Source: a virus
Strand: one strand, 5' to 3'
DNA length: 64,000 nt
Virus record (IMG/VR): IMGVR_UViG_3300013126_000011
The notes beneath the pieces are model-generated. The model did not search any database, was not told the DNA's origin, and saw nothing but the letters and a program-made list of their open reading frames with translations. Positions 49,505 to 58,807 of this stretch are shown here, piece by piece. Numbering within the stretch: position 1 is the first letter of the stretch; each line of letters begins with the position of its first letter. The translations under genes and the position numbers were made by a program.

Positions 49505-49729
49505 ATGATGAATTTTTCTGAAGCGCTAAATTGTTTGAAGGGTGATTTACGGGTTGCTCGTCGTGGCTGGAACGGGAAGAATATGTGGATTATGTTGCAG
49601 AAGCCAGATGCAAATTCAAAGATGACTCTTCCATATGTGTATATGCGCACAGCAACAGAAGATTTTGTTCCTTGGTTGTGCTCTCAGACTGATTTGCTTA
49701 GTGATGATTGGGATACGGTGCCGCTATAA
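49505..49729 (+). CDS. DUF2829 family protein (Tad2-like anti-Thoeris sponge)
   Basis: MNFSEAL..LK....VAR.GWNGK.M...VPWL.SQTDLL.DDW. Confidence 0.85.
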   Translation: MMNFSEALNCLKGDLRVARRGWNGKNMWIMLQKPDANSKMTLPYVYMRTATEDFVPWLCSQTDLLSDDWDTVPL

Positions 49730-49938
49730 TGTCTCGAAAAGCTTACGTACCGGTCATTTACGATCATAACGAAGCTCGTAGTGAGCTTTTGCGAAAAGAA
49801 CTTGTAATTCTCAGGCTTTTGAAGCAGAGAGCACTTTATCGAGAGCTATTTGCAAAGGTAAGAGGTTCAGTTGGTGATGTTACGGCAGCAATGCAAGATC
49901 TAGAATTTTATGTTCAAGTGGGCTGCAAAGATGATTAA
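49729..49938 (+). CDS. hypothetical protein
   Basis: TAATG-coupled ATG 49729. Confidence 0.5.
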   Translation: MSRKAYVPVIYDHNEARSELLRKELVILRLLKQRALYRELFAKVRGSVGDVTAAMQDLEFYVQVGCKDD

Positions 49939-50110
49939 TGAAGAGTTGGTTGAGCATATCGATCACGCGATTGCCTACATTCGAGCTATTGCGACCATTG
50001 CTCGAAGTGAGCCGCATCCAAAAAATTATGTGGAAACTTCCTGGGATATTGTTCGCAATACTGCTGATGCAGCGCAAGCTGTTTTAGAGGATTTGAAAAA
50101 TGAGCTATAA
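49931..50110 (+). CDS. hypothetical protein
   Basis: ATG 49931 overlapping the end of the upstream ORF. Confidence 0.5.
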   Translation: MINEELVEHIDHAIAYIRAIATIARSEPHPKNYVETSWDIVRNTADAAQAVLEDLKNEL

Positions 50111-50357
50111 ACAACCGACCTATAAAGCAACATATCGTAAGAATGACGGCACTTTACGTACCATGATTTTTGTAAAGTTGTCGGATATGCCACAAAAGAT
50201 GATGGATTCCCTGATCAAGGGAACAGGAAAGCAGCGAGTCCTTAACGAAGGGCAAGAATTGGTATATGATGTTGAAAAACGTGGCTTGAGGCTATTTAAC
50301 TATAGCACCACGATTGGAGAAGTCGAAAGACTAGATGCTCCACAATCGGCTGATTAA
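50100..50357 (+). CDS. Sm/SH3-like (WYL_2/DUF2693-like) small protein
   Basis: YRKNDGTLRTM...VYDVEK.G.R.FN. Confidence 0.6.
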   Translation: MSYKQPTYKATYRKNDGTLRTMIFVKLSDMPQKMMDSLIKGTGKQRVLNEGQELVYDVEKRGLRLFNYSTTIGEVERLDAPQSAD

Positions 50358-50466
50358 CTCTCATTGGGAGAGTTTAGTCTACAAGCTTGATTCTCGACAA
50401 TTAAGTCGACAAGCTAAACACATGGTAGCGAGAGATTTGTCGGCTACCTAAGAAGGAGACAGTAAA

Positions 50467-51258
50467 ATGTCAACAAATGCAACGAACATGGACCTAATCC
50501 GCAAGAAGCTCGAAGAACTACGTAATCCCAACAAGGGTGGTGGAAAGAAGAATATTTTCTGGAAGCCCGAAACCGGTGAATCGGTTGTGCGAATTCTGCC
50601 AACTCCTGATGGCGATCCTTTCAAGCAGCTTCACTTTCACTACAATGTAGGCAAGGAAAACGGATTCCTTTGCCCAAAGCGCAATTTCGGTGATGATTGT
50701 CCCGTGTGTGGCTTTGCAACCAAGCTCTATAAGTCCGGTGATGCCGAGAACATGAAGAGTGCCAAGGAAATGTTCGTTCGTGAGCGTTTCTTTAGTTTCG
50801 TTGTGGTTCGTGGCAAGGAAGAGGAAGGCGTCAAGCTTTGGGGTTATGGAAAGCGAGTTTACGAGAAGCTTCTTAACTTCATGCTAGATCCTGATTATGG
50901 CGATTTTACTGATATCGATCAGGGCTATGACGTTAAGGTGACGATGACAAAGGTTGCTGGCAAGTCTTTCCCTGACACCGATGTCGTGCTTAAGCCAAAG
51001 CCTTCGGTTATGTGTGAAGATCCTGCTACAGTACTTGGTACGATGCCTGATTTCAATTCTCTGTTTGAGCGCAAGACCACTGATGATGTTCAGAACATTC
51101 TTGACGCTGCTCTGCTTGATCCTGCGAATGCTGAAGAGCATTCAACCGAGACTGAGCATTATGCTGGAAATGGTGACGTTGCTGCCCCTGCCACTGGAGA
51201 GGATATCAATGCCGCCTTTGCCGAGCTAAAGGGCAAGTCTTCGAAGAAGAGCAAGTGA
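50467..51258 (+). CDS. single-stranded DNA-binding protein (gp32-like)
   Basis: FWKP, VRILP, H...CP......CPVC zinc site, YGDFTD...G.D, acidic C-terminal region. Confidence 0.88.
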   Translation: MSTNATNMDLIRKKLEELRNPNKGGGKKNIFWKPETGESVVRILPTPDGDPFKQLHFHYNVGKENGFLCPKRNFGDDCPVCGFATKLYKSGDAENMKSAKEMFVRERFFSFVVVRGKEEEGVKLWGYGKRVYEKLLNFMLDPDYGDFTDIDQGYDVKVTMTKVAGKSFPDTDVVLKPKPSVMCEDPATVLGTMPDFNSLFERKTTDDVQNILDAALLDPANAEEHSTETEHYAGNGDVAAPATGEDINAAFAELKGKSSKKSK

Positions 51259-51351
51259 TAAGCAATAAGTGAATTGGCAGGCAGCAAGTCTTAACCAGTA
51301 CGGAATAGATACTTACGTAAGTCCTGCCATTCTTTTTATTCGAGAAATCAA

Positions 51352-51678
51352 ATGAAGTGTCAATGCTTTTCTAAACTAACAGAAATCATCAAGTCTGCTT
51401 TTCGAACAACAAGACCATCTACGGTAATCAATCCAAGCAATTTTGAGAAGTTTATGATTCCAAAAAAACAAACTCTACAATGCAGAGTTGATGGAATCAA
51501 GAAGCTTGTTATTGCCTTAGATATTCCGAGATTGTTTTGGAACGATCAACTTGTTGAAATGCTATACGAGAACAATACAAAATGGTATGTTTTAACTCAT
51601 ATTCGAGCAATCGATGAAGATTTTCTTGAACTAACCCTAATGAAGACTGGAGAAGTTAATCCAAATGTGCGATATTGA
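51352..51678 (+). CDS. hypothetical protein
   Basis: 108-aa ORF. Confidence 0.55.
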   Translation: MKCQCFSKLTEIIKSAFRTTRPSTVINPSNFEKFMIPKKQTLQCRVDGIKKLVIALDIPRLFWNDQLVEMLYENNTKWYVLTHIRAIDEDFLELTLMKTGEVNPNVRY

Positions 51679-51919
51679 TCATGGGCAAGAATTGCCAATG
51701 CTTTATTCTTCAGATGAAGAGAAAGGCAAGTTTACAGCAGAGCTTTTACAGCTTTGTCGGCGTCATCGATTAGAACAGGCGTTTGATTTATATCAATTGG
51801 CGGATTATATTCGTGATTGTCTGACTGAAGTAGCTGTCAACACTGAAACGCTAACTGCAATGGCCACAAAACCTCACGCTTGTCATAATCGTGGGCTTTG
51901 TCAAGGTTGTGGATTATGA
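51665..51919 (+). CDS. hypothetical protein
   Basis: GGAG Shine-Dalgarno; F..EL..L.....LADYI..CL. Confidence 0.55.
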   Translation: MCDIDHGQELPMLYSSDEEKGKFTAELLQLCRRHRLEQAFDLYQLADYIRDCLTEVAVNTETLTAMATKPHACHNRGLCQGCGL

Positions 51920-51931
51920 CAGAAAGATCAA

Positions 51932-52096
51932 GTGAGTTCTTTAGGGGAAGAACTTAAACAGCTATTAATCAAATACAAATATGACGTTGGTACTATGTTT
52001 CCAGCAGATGCGTTAGTAACGTATATTTGGCAAAATTTAATTTCACCAGAATTTTTGCAGACCGAAAAAGAAAGAAGGGATGGTGATTGTGACTGA
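51932..52096 (+). CDS. hypothetical 54-aa protein (not in the ORF track), loosely similar to the 51665 ORF
   Basis: GTG start; SSLGEELKQLLIKYKYDVGTMFPADALVTYIWQNL; fills the gap between ORFs. Confidence 0.45.
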   Translation: MSSLGEELKQLLIKYKYDVGTMFPADALVTYIWQNLISPEFLQTEKERRDGDCD

Positions 52097-52523
52097 ACGT
52101 GACGTTATTAATCGACAACTAGAGCAGAAGAATCAAGAACTACGAGTATATTGCTTTGATGTTGCCCTAAAGTTTCCTCATCAGGGCAATCTAATGACTG
52201 TTCTTGAGAATGCCAAGAAGGTAGAGACATATATTCTCAACGGCTCTTATGGTGAATATGTTGCCCCAATTGGTGAAGAGGGCAAGCCTCCTATCAAGCT
52301 TGACAAGGAAACTCTTCGTGATGTACTAACTCAGACAGCAACAGGAGAATACGGAGATCCAATCGTCAATAAGCTTCTTGCTCCTGTTGGTAAGGCAGAC
52401 ATTAGCCCACAGGAAGTCGTTGAAAAGTATACCAAGATGATTGACAAGGATAGAGCAGAAATGCGGTATGAGCAATCTGTTATTGCAGAAGAGTTTGTTA
52501 ATAAGATTCTTTTGAAGGAGTAG
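52080..52523 (+). CDS. hypothetical protein
   Basis: 147-aa ORF; VLENAKKVETYILNG. Confidence 0.6.
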   Translation: MVIVTERDVINRQLEQKNQELRVYCFDVALKFPHQGNLMTVLENAKKVETYILNGSYGEYVAPIGEEGKPPIKLDKETLRDVLTQTATGEYGDPIVNKLLAPVGKADISPQEVVEKYTKMIDKDRAEMRYEQSVIAEEFVNKILLKE

Positions 52524-52525
52524 AT

Positions 52526-53686
52526 ATGGCAAACGCTAAGAAAGAACCAAAGGAAAAGAAGGCTGGAGCGCTATCAGTCGACGAATTAAGAGGATTAATT
52601 AATGCTCGTGCCGGAACTAAACTAGCGCGTTCTATTGAAAGCCAAAATGGACCAAAAGAATTCATTTCAACCGGTTCAAAAGCACTTGATTATGTTCTTG
52701 TCAAAGGACATAAGGGCGGCTGGGAGTGTGGACATATTCATTCGTTGAGTGGTGCTAGCTCTTCCGGTAAAACTTTTTTGGCTTTACAGACAGTTAAGTG
52801 CGCGCAATTACAGAAGATTCAAGTTGTTTGGTTTGACGGAGAAGCGGCGATTGATTTCTCTTTCCTTGAAGAAATTGGAATCAATTTGGATAATTTCATT
52901 TACATTCAACCTCCAGATATGGAGACTATACTTGAGACAATTGAAGAGCTAGCCGGTCAAGCGACAAAAGATCAAAAGTTCTTGTTTGTTGTTGATTCTG
53001 TAGCTTCAATTCCAGCCAAGGCAGAGCTAGAATCAGATTATGACCCAAGTTCTACCGTTGCCGTGAAAGCTCGCGTGTTGTCGAAGGGGTTGTCAAAGCT
53101 TATTACTCCCTTGGCAACAACCAAATCAACACTTTTGCTGCTCAATCAACTAAAGGTCGCGATTGGAGTTGATCAGAAGTATTCTCCGCTTTCAGAGAAG
53201 TTTGCAGAGCCAGGAGGAAGTGCGATCAAGTATTTCAGCAATTTGCGTGTTTGGCTTGTGGCGAAGAATGCCAAAAGCTCATTTGTACTTGATGAAAATG
53301 GCTTTAGGATTGGTATCGAGACAGAAGCCGTTATTATCAAGTCGAGATATGGAACGCAAGGTCGTAAGATTTCTGTAAAATTGATTTGGGGCGGTGGATC
53401 GGTTTCGTATGGTGAGCACGAGACTTGGCAGGAAGCCATTTTAACTTCTGATTCGGTTGCTCAATCTGGAAAGGGCAAGTGGACGCTGACGTTTGAGGAT
53501 GGAACCTCGGAAGAGTTTACTAGTGCTAATTTCCACAAGAAACTTGAAGATAAGAAGTTTGAAGAACGAGTATTAAAGCTTCTAGAAGAAGAGCTTATTG
53601 ACAAGTTTGCTCATAAGAGCGGAAAGGCTGCCGATTTTTATGTCTCTGACGAAGAAGACTATACCCCACCAGCAGATCTAGACTAG
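52526..53686 (+). CDS. recA: RecA/UvsX-family recombinase
   Basis: ISTGS..LD, GASSSGKT, FDGEAA, VVDSVAS, LNQL, PGG.A.KY. Confidence 0.93.
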   Translation: MANAKKEPKEKKAGALSVDELRGLINARAGTKLARSIESQNGPKEFISTGSKALDYVLVKGHKGGWECGHIHSLSGASSSGKTFLALQTVKCAQLQKIQVVWFDGEAAIDFSFLEEIGINLDNFIYIQPPDMETILETIEELAGQATKDQKFLFVVDSVASIPAKAELESDYDPSSTVAVKARVLSKGLSKLITPLATTKSTLLLLNQLKVAIGVDQKYSPLSEKFAEPGGSAIKYFSNLRVWLVAKNAKSSFVLDENGFRIGIETEAVIIKSRYGTQGRKISVKLIWGGGSVSYGEHETWQEAILTSDSVAQSGKGKWTLTFEDGTSEEFTSANFHKKLEDKKFEERVLKLLEEELIDKFAHKSGKAADFYVSDEEDYTPPADLD

Positions 53687-53698
53687 AATTTATTTCTC

Positions 53699-53727
53699 TT
53701 GACCAGCGTACTTTGCTGGTGTATACT
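53699..53727 (+). promoter_or_regulatory. sigma70-type promoter driving the tRNA-like gene
   Basis: TTGACC-N17-TATACT. Confidence 0.75.
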
Positions 53728-53739
53728 GTGTTTACTTTG

Positions 53740-53814
53740 AAGCCAGTAGTTTAAGTTAAAACTGCACGTTTATGTTTGTGCTGTTTCAGGTATCGAATCC
53801 TGACTGGCTTTCCA
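53740..53814 (+). tRNA. non-canonical tRNA or tRNA-like RNA (anticodon ambiguous, 8-nt loop TTTATGTT)
   Basis: Cloverleaf: AAGCCAG/CTGGCTT acceptor, GTTT/AAAC D stem, GCACG/TGTGC anticodon stem, TCAGG/CCTGA T stem, encoded T-CCA end. Confidence 0.7.
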
Positions 53815-53816
53815 GA

Positions 53817-53823
53817 CTATTTA
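53817..53823 (+). promoter_or_regulatory. putative late promoter (CTATTTA)
   Basis: About 34 nt before TTG 53857. Confidence 0.6.
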
Positions 53824-53856
53824 CTTCAGCAAACAAAAGCAACTGGAGAATCCTAT

Positions 53857-55407
53857 TTGTCTTCCAAAATCCTCAAAGAATATCGAAATACTTGGCATAA
53901 TCATTTGTTGACCGAGATGGATCAAGGGTCAATTAATACGATCCTCGAATTCATGAGTGACGCCGTTCCAGCAGATTATCCTTTCAATGATATGTTCGGT
54001 GGTATGTGGAGAATTGCTATACCATTAGAAACAAAAAACGTATTGGCAACTTTAAGTGAAAACGATCAACGAATATTAAAGTATTTTGCTTTGTTTGCCA
54101 ATTCAATCGATCGTTGGACAAGTGATTTCAAGAATGGAATTGCCACAAAAATCGTCAAAGAAACCAACAGGTTAACCGGCGAAACGATTGATCGAGAAGT
54201 ACAGATTCGATTGGGCAAACTATTTCCAAAAGTCATTGCTCAATACGAAAAATTGAATAAAAAGTTAGGGATCGAGTTAGAAGCGTACAAGCAAAATAAA
54301 GAAATTAGAGCATATGACGCTGCAAATAGTTCTATATTAACTAATCGTGGTAGAATCGAATGGTGCAAAAAAGCTCAAGAACTTTGGAATAAAAAGTCAG
54401 AACTAATCCAAACTGGCAAGTTGATGATAATTATCTCTCAGCATCCAATCGATGTTCTTCGAATGAGCGATTTCCATAGTCTTGAATCTTGTCATACTCA
54501 AGGAGCAAACTTTTTCATGTGTGCTATCGTAGAAGCGCAAGCACATGGACCGATTGCTTATGTCGTGAGATTGTCAGATTACGAGAAATATAAGGATCGA
54601 TTGCAAGAGCAAGAAGTATTTGCAGACAATCTTTCTATGGCTCCAGATCCAGTACAAGATGATGACGATACTATCGAAATGCGTAATGTTGAAGGAATGG
54701 TTCCAATTTGTCGTATACGATTCAGAGAAATCGAGATTAAAGGAATCGGCAGTTTTCCAATACCAGAACGAACGCAGTATGGAACGGATATTGCTGGTTT
54801 TAGAGACATTTTGATGAGTTGGGCAAAAACAAGTCCAATTTATCGAGATGCAACATATCGAAAGAATATAACCAAAGACGATCTTCAGCTTCATGGAGGC
54901 AGCTATAAGGATTCAGAGCCATATGAGTTAGTTTCAGACTATATTGTTCGAGAGGTTAGAGGTGTGTATTCAGTTAATACAGTAGAAGAAGTTGTTAGAG
55001 ATTATGTTCGAGAAAATGAAGAAGTTGTTGAACAAGACTATGATCTTGAAATGTTTCAAGATCATTGGGAGCTTTCAATGACTCTTCAACCTCTGGATAT
55101 TCCTTGCGATACATCAATTTATACTTCCAGAGATGCTAAAGATGATGCAACACAAGCTCTTATAAAGTACGCTAAGAATGCCAATCGTCATGTACACGAT
55201 TATGACCCGTTGTTGGTTGACGAAGTAAAGCTTTCTACTTCTGCGATTAGTGATTATGGCAATATTATCTGTTATTTCCAAAAAGTGATCTACAAATCAA
55301 CTGATGATGGTGAAGATTTGCACAACTATTTTCGTTATATCCAAATGCAATTGCAGCATATTCGAAATGCTGCTCGAAAGGAACTCTGTCAAGAACTTGC
55401 CTCTTGA
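53857..55407 (+). CDS. hypothetical late protein, paralogue of the 62577 ORF
   Basis: GGAG Shine-Dalgarno plus TTG 53857 (the track start 53776 lies inside the tRNA-like gene); IIISQHPIDVLRMSD...SCH.QG. Confidence 0.75.
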   Translation: MSSKILKEYRNTWHNHLLTEMDQGSINTILEFMSDAVPADYPFNDMFGGMWRIAIPLETKNVLATLSENDQRILKYFALFANSIDRWTSDFKNGIATKIVKETNRLTGETIDREVQIRLGKLFPKVIAQYEKLNKKLGIELEAYKQNKEIRAYDAANSSILTNRGRIEWCKKAQELWNKKSELIQTGKLMIIISQHPIDVLRMSDFHSLESCHTQGANFFMCAIVEAQAHGPIAYVVRLSDYEKYKDRLQEQEVFADNLSMAPDPVQDDDDTIEMRNVEGMVPICRIRFREIEIKGIGSFPIPERTQYGTDIAGFRDILMSWAKTSPIYRDATYRKNITKDDLQLHGGSYKDSEPYELVSDYIVREVRGVYSVNTVEEVVRDYVRENEEVVEQDYDLEMFQDHWELSMTLQPLDIPCDTSIYTSRDAKDDATQALIKYAKNANRHVHDYDPLLVDEVKLSTSAISDYGNIICYFQKVIYKSTDDGEDLHNYFRYIQMQLQHIRNAARKELCQELAS

Positions 55408-55432
55408 CATTTGACTGAATCCGTCCTATACT
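55404..55432 (+). promoter_or_regulatory. sigma70-type promoter
   Basis: TTGACA-N17-TATACT. Confidence 0.82.
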
Positions 55433-55462
55433 GTGTCTTGTGAACTTCTAAAGAGGTTTCTT

Positions 55463-55870
55463 TTGCAAATATCGAAGCGAATTCAAACGTATGTTGATTT
55501 GGCGATTCGACAGGCTCAACAGGCAGATTCAAATCTACCACACCGCCACGGTTGCGTTTTGATCAAAGCTGGTAGAGTTATTAACGTTTCTCACAACAAA
55601 CTTGGATTTTCTTCTTTTGGTCGACGATTTCATTCTGAAGCAGACAAAGTGCCATCTAAAGCGAGCATGCACGCCGAATTGAGGGCTATCTTAAATCTTG
55701 ATCGCACTCTTACTGAGGGAGCCAGCTTGCTTGTTGTTAGAATTAATCGTAAAGGTGAACTAAGAATGAGCAAGCCTTGTTCTATGTGTAAATGTTCTAC
55801 TGCTTTTGTAGGAATCAAAAAGATCTATTATAGTACCAATGAAGGTGATATTGAGGTAATGAAGCTGTGA
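55463..55870 (+). CDS. CMP/dCMP-type zinc-dependent deaminase
   Basis: HGCVL, HAELRAI, SKPCSMC, GIKKIYYS; GAGG Shine-Dalgarno plus TTG 55463. Confidence 0.85.
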   Translation: MQISKRIQTYVDLAIRQAQQADSNLPHRHGCVLIKAGRVINVSHNKLGFSSFGRRFHSEADKVPSKASMHAELRAILNLDRTLTEGASLLVVRINRKGELRMSKPCSMCKCSTAFVGIKKIYYSTNEGDIEVMKL

Positions 55871-56094
55871 ATTTTTCAGTCGGTACCGTAATTAAGTTTT
55901 CCGATAAAGCCGCTCAATATATGACAAAATCAGGTTGGAATTTTTACGTTAAAGAAGAACCGCATTTTGTTGTTCTAAAGATTCATCAAAATGGATTGCA
56001 TCGAGTGTTAGATATAGAGTCATTGCAAATTCATACTGTCGCAGGGTGGGGTCCGTTAAATATGATCGAAACATATGATGTAGTGGAGATTTAA
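55867..56094 (+). CDS. small hypothetical protein
   Basis: GTGA-coupled; FSVGTVIKF. Confidence 0.55.
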   Translation: MNFSVGTVIKFSDKAAQYMTKSGWNFYVKEEPHFVVLKIHQNGLHRVLDIESLQIHTVAGWGPLNMIETYDVVEI

Positions 56095-57080
56095 TGAGCA
56101 ATAAGCAACCAAAAAGATTAATTGTTATAGATTCTTTGTCAAACTATCTTCGCCATTTTGTCTGTAATCCCTCTCTTTCTGACAACGGTATTCCTGTTGG
56201 TGGCATTGTTGGGTTTATCAAAGATCTCAACAAGTTTTGCAGAGAATTCAAGCCAGATCTGATTATAGTTTGTTGGGATGGTGAAGGTGGTTCTTCAAAA
56301 CGTAAGTCGATTGTCAAAGAATACAAGGAAGGACGCAAACCAATTCGTCTTAATCGTTCGAACAGTCAATTAACGGAACAAGAAGACGCAGACAACAGAG
56401 TTTATCAGCAAATCAGATTGATCGAATATCTGAATACGATGCCTGTAATTCAGTTTAGATTTCAGAACACAGAAGCAGACGACATTATTTCAGAGTTGGC
56501 AACCATGCCAGCATTTAAGACGTGGGATACTGTTGTCATAAGTTCGGATCATGATTTTTACCAACTATGTAATGATCACGTTTTGCTCTATAGACCCATT
56601 CAGAAGCATTTTGTTAATTTACCCCGAGTACTAGACGAGTATCATATTCATCCTTCTAATTTTGCCCTTGCAAGAGCTATAGCAGGGGATTCTAGCGATA
56701 ACCTGAAGGGTGTTGGTGGAGTAGGTCTGCCAACTGTTGCAAAGCGGTTTCCTGAGTTTGAATCAGAAGAGAGTGTGACCTTTGAAAAGCTTTGGGAGCT
56801 TTGTGAAGAACGAAAAGATGCTGCCAAATGTTATTCGACAATTCTTGAGAATAAAGATACTGTCAGAACCAATTATAAGATGATGCAGCTTTATTGTTCT
56901 TCGATGTCAATTCAAGACAAGCTTCAACTGAGACAAACGTTGACAGATTACGTTCCATCTTTCGGTAAGTTGGAGTTTACCAAACTAGGCATTCAAGATG
57001 GGCTAGGAACCGTCAGTCTAGACAACATGTTTGCAACTTTCAACTCAATGGTGTTTAACGGCAGTCCCATTTCGATGTAA
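56094..57080 (+). CDS. 5'-3' exonuclease / flap endonuclease (PolI N-terminal, T4 RNase H-like)
   Basis: VID, WDG, YKEGR, EADD, SSDHD, GDSSDNLKGVGGVG. Confidence 0.92.
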   Translation: MSNKQPKRLIVIDSLSNYLRHFVCNPSLSDNGIPVGGIVGFIKDLNKFCREFKPDLIIVCWDGEGGSSKRKSIVKEYKEGRKPIRLNRSNSQLTEQEDADNRVYQQIRLIEYLNTMPVIQFRFQNTEADDIISELATMPAFKTWDTVVISSDHDFYQLCNDHVLLYRPIQKHFVNLPRVLDEYHIHPSNFALARAIAGDSSDNLKGVGGVGLPTVAKRFPEFESEESVTFEKLWELCEERKDAAKCYSTILENKDTVRTNYKMMQLYCSSMSIQDKLQLRQTLTDYVPSFGKLEFTKLGIQDGLGTVSLDNMFATFNSMVFNGSPISM

Positions 57081-57115
57081 CCTGTGTCTCTCAAGACAAG
57101 AAGGAAGCAATTTCT

Positions 57116-58510
57116 ATGACTCTTTCTCCAAATCAAGATGATTTTTCGCGATATGGAAAGCACTTTCAAGAGACTTTAGCGTTTCTGCTGCTCAGAGATC
57201 GAACATTTTGTGATCGTATGAGTGAGGTAATCAAAGAAGATTATTTTGAGACAAAATATCTAAAGGTATTTTCGAATATTCTGTTGTCTTATCGAGAAAA
57301 ATATAAGACCCATCCATCAATTGATACAATGACAACCTTGCTTCGTACTGCTCCAGAAATTGAGGTAGAAACAGAAGTTGTACAAAAACAAGTAAGAGAA
57401 TTCTTTGCCAGAGCATATACAGAGAACATAGCTGATGATGCTCAGTACGTGATGGATACAGCAATTGATTTTTGTCGTCGCCAAATTGTCAAAGAAGCAA
57501 TGCTCAAGTCAATCAAACTTGTTCAGACAAGCAGTTTCGATGAAGTAAGTAAAGTTTTGAATGATGCTCTCAAGGCTGGTGGAGATCAAGATGATACATA
57601 TGATTATTTGCTTGATCTAGAGAAGAGATTTGAGGAAAACGCTCGTTCTTGTATTTCAACCGGTTGGAAGCCTGTCGATGTCATTTTGGGTGGAGGAATT
57701 GCCAAGCAAGAACTAACGATTGTTCTTGCAAGAACGAATGTTGGCAAGAGCTTTGTGCTGGTGCATTTGGGAGCACAAGCATTACTAACAGATCTGGATG
57801 TAGCACATTATTGCCTTGAAATGTCAGCAGAAAACACTGCTTTGCGTTATGATAGCTTGCTGACTGATATTCCAATGAACGATCTGAAGAGTGAAAAAGA
57901 GGTCGTAAGAGGAATCGTAAGCAATATTAAGGGAAAGCTTGTTCTCAAGACTTATCCAACCAAATCTGCTACAACTCAGACAATTCGCAATCATCTTGAA
58001 CGTCTTAAGATGCGAGGATTCAAGCCAGATGTTGTTGTAGTAGATTATGGCGATCTTTTGAAGAGTTTGCATCCAAGCAAAGAAGCTGTTAGACACGATC
58101 TTTCTAGTATCTTTGAAGAATTGAGACAGATTGCTCAAATTTATGATTGTGCTGTCGTAACAGCTAGTCAATCCAATCGAAGTGCCAGTTCTGATGATTT
58201 GGTAACGATGGAATCGATTGCTGAATCATATGGTAAGGTGTGGTGCGCCGATACGGTATTGAGCCTTTCCAGAAATCAACAAGAAATGGAAACCAACTCT
58301 GGTAGGCTCTATATTGCCAAGTCTAGATCTGGTAGAGCAAATGTGGTATTTCAAGCGTTTATTGATTGGAGTCGTGCAAAAATTCAAGTGTTTGATCGAG
58401 AACAAAGTGTTGCTGCTAGCGCACAAACATCACTAGAACAGCAGAAGCTTAATCTCAAGAAAATCTATAGTGATTTCAGAAAAGAAACGAAGGGACAAAC
58501 AACTAAATGA
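57116..58510 (+). CDS. replicative DNA helicase (DnaB/gp41-like)
   Basis: ISTGW, ARTNVGKS, LEMS, VDYGDLL, TASQSNR, AES, KSRSG. Confidence 0.93.
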   Translation: MTLSPNQDDFSRYGKHFQETLAFLLLRDRTFCDRMSEVIKEDYFETKYLKVFSNILLSYREKYKTHPSIDTMTTLLRTAPEIEVETEVVQKQVREFFARAYTENIADDAQYVMDTAIDFCRRQIVKEAMLKSIKLVQTSSFDEVSKVLNDALKAGGDQDDTYDYLLDLEKRFEENARSCISTGWKPVDVILGGGIAKQELTIVLARTNVGKSFVLVHLGAQALLTDLDVAHYCLEMSAENTALRYDSLLTDIPMNDLKSEKEVVRGIVSNIKGKLVLKTYPTKSATTQTIRNHLERLKMRGFKPDVVVVDYGDLLKSLHPSKEAVRHDLSSIFEELRQIAQIYDCAVVTASQSNRSASSDDLVTMESIAESYGKVWCADTVLSLSRNQQEMETNSGRLYIAKSRSGRANVVFQAFIDWSRAKIQVFDREQSVAASAQTSLEQQKLNLKKIYSDFRKETKGQTTK

Positions 58511-58794
58511 GCAGTACAGTTATGTTGACGTTGGAATCTGGTCAAATTGTTGATGATAATCCGATGAAAAGTTTAAGGATTACGCTTAATCGAAAATTAA
58601 AGGCTCGATGTCCACATGAAAACTGTAATGTTGATGGCAACTCAGCAATTGCTAAAGAACTCAAAGAAATGGTGGATGAAATTCCTGTCGAGTATTATCT
58701 TCAATTTGTTGAGAAGTCGATTAGAGCCAACAAAGAATATCGAGAGCATCCAGAAGTAGAAAAGACAGATAGCTATACAATTGTGACATACTGA
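58507..58794 (+). CDS. hypothetical protein
   Basis: Coupled ORF between helicase and RNR. Confidence 0.55.
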   Translation: MSSTVMLTLESGQIVDDNPMKSLRITLNRKLKARCPHENCNVDGNSAIAKELKEMVDEIPVEYYLQFVEKSIRANKEYREHPEVEKTDSYTIVTY

Positions 58795-58807
58795 AGGGAC
58801 AGCTTAA

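Noticed and set aside
51276-51340. GGCAGG...CCTGCC stem plus T-rich tract after the SSB gene as a terminator or ncRNA
   Set aside because: The long, weakly paired interior makes it an unconvincing terminator, and there is not enough evidence for an RNA gene.
53767-53777. Idea that the 8-nt anticodon loop drives the chaperone +1 frameshift
   Set aside because: The loop TTTATGTT cannot pair with the UUUU slippery run.
53776-53856. Track start of the 543-aa ORF
   Set aside because: It lies inside the tRNA-like gene; TTG 53857 has an SD and matches its paralogue.
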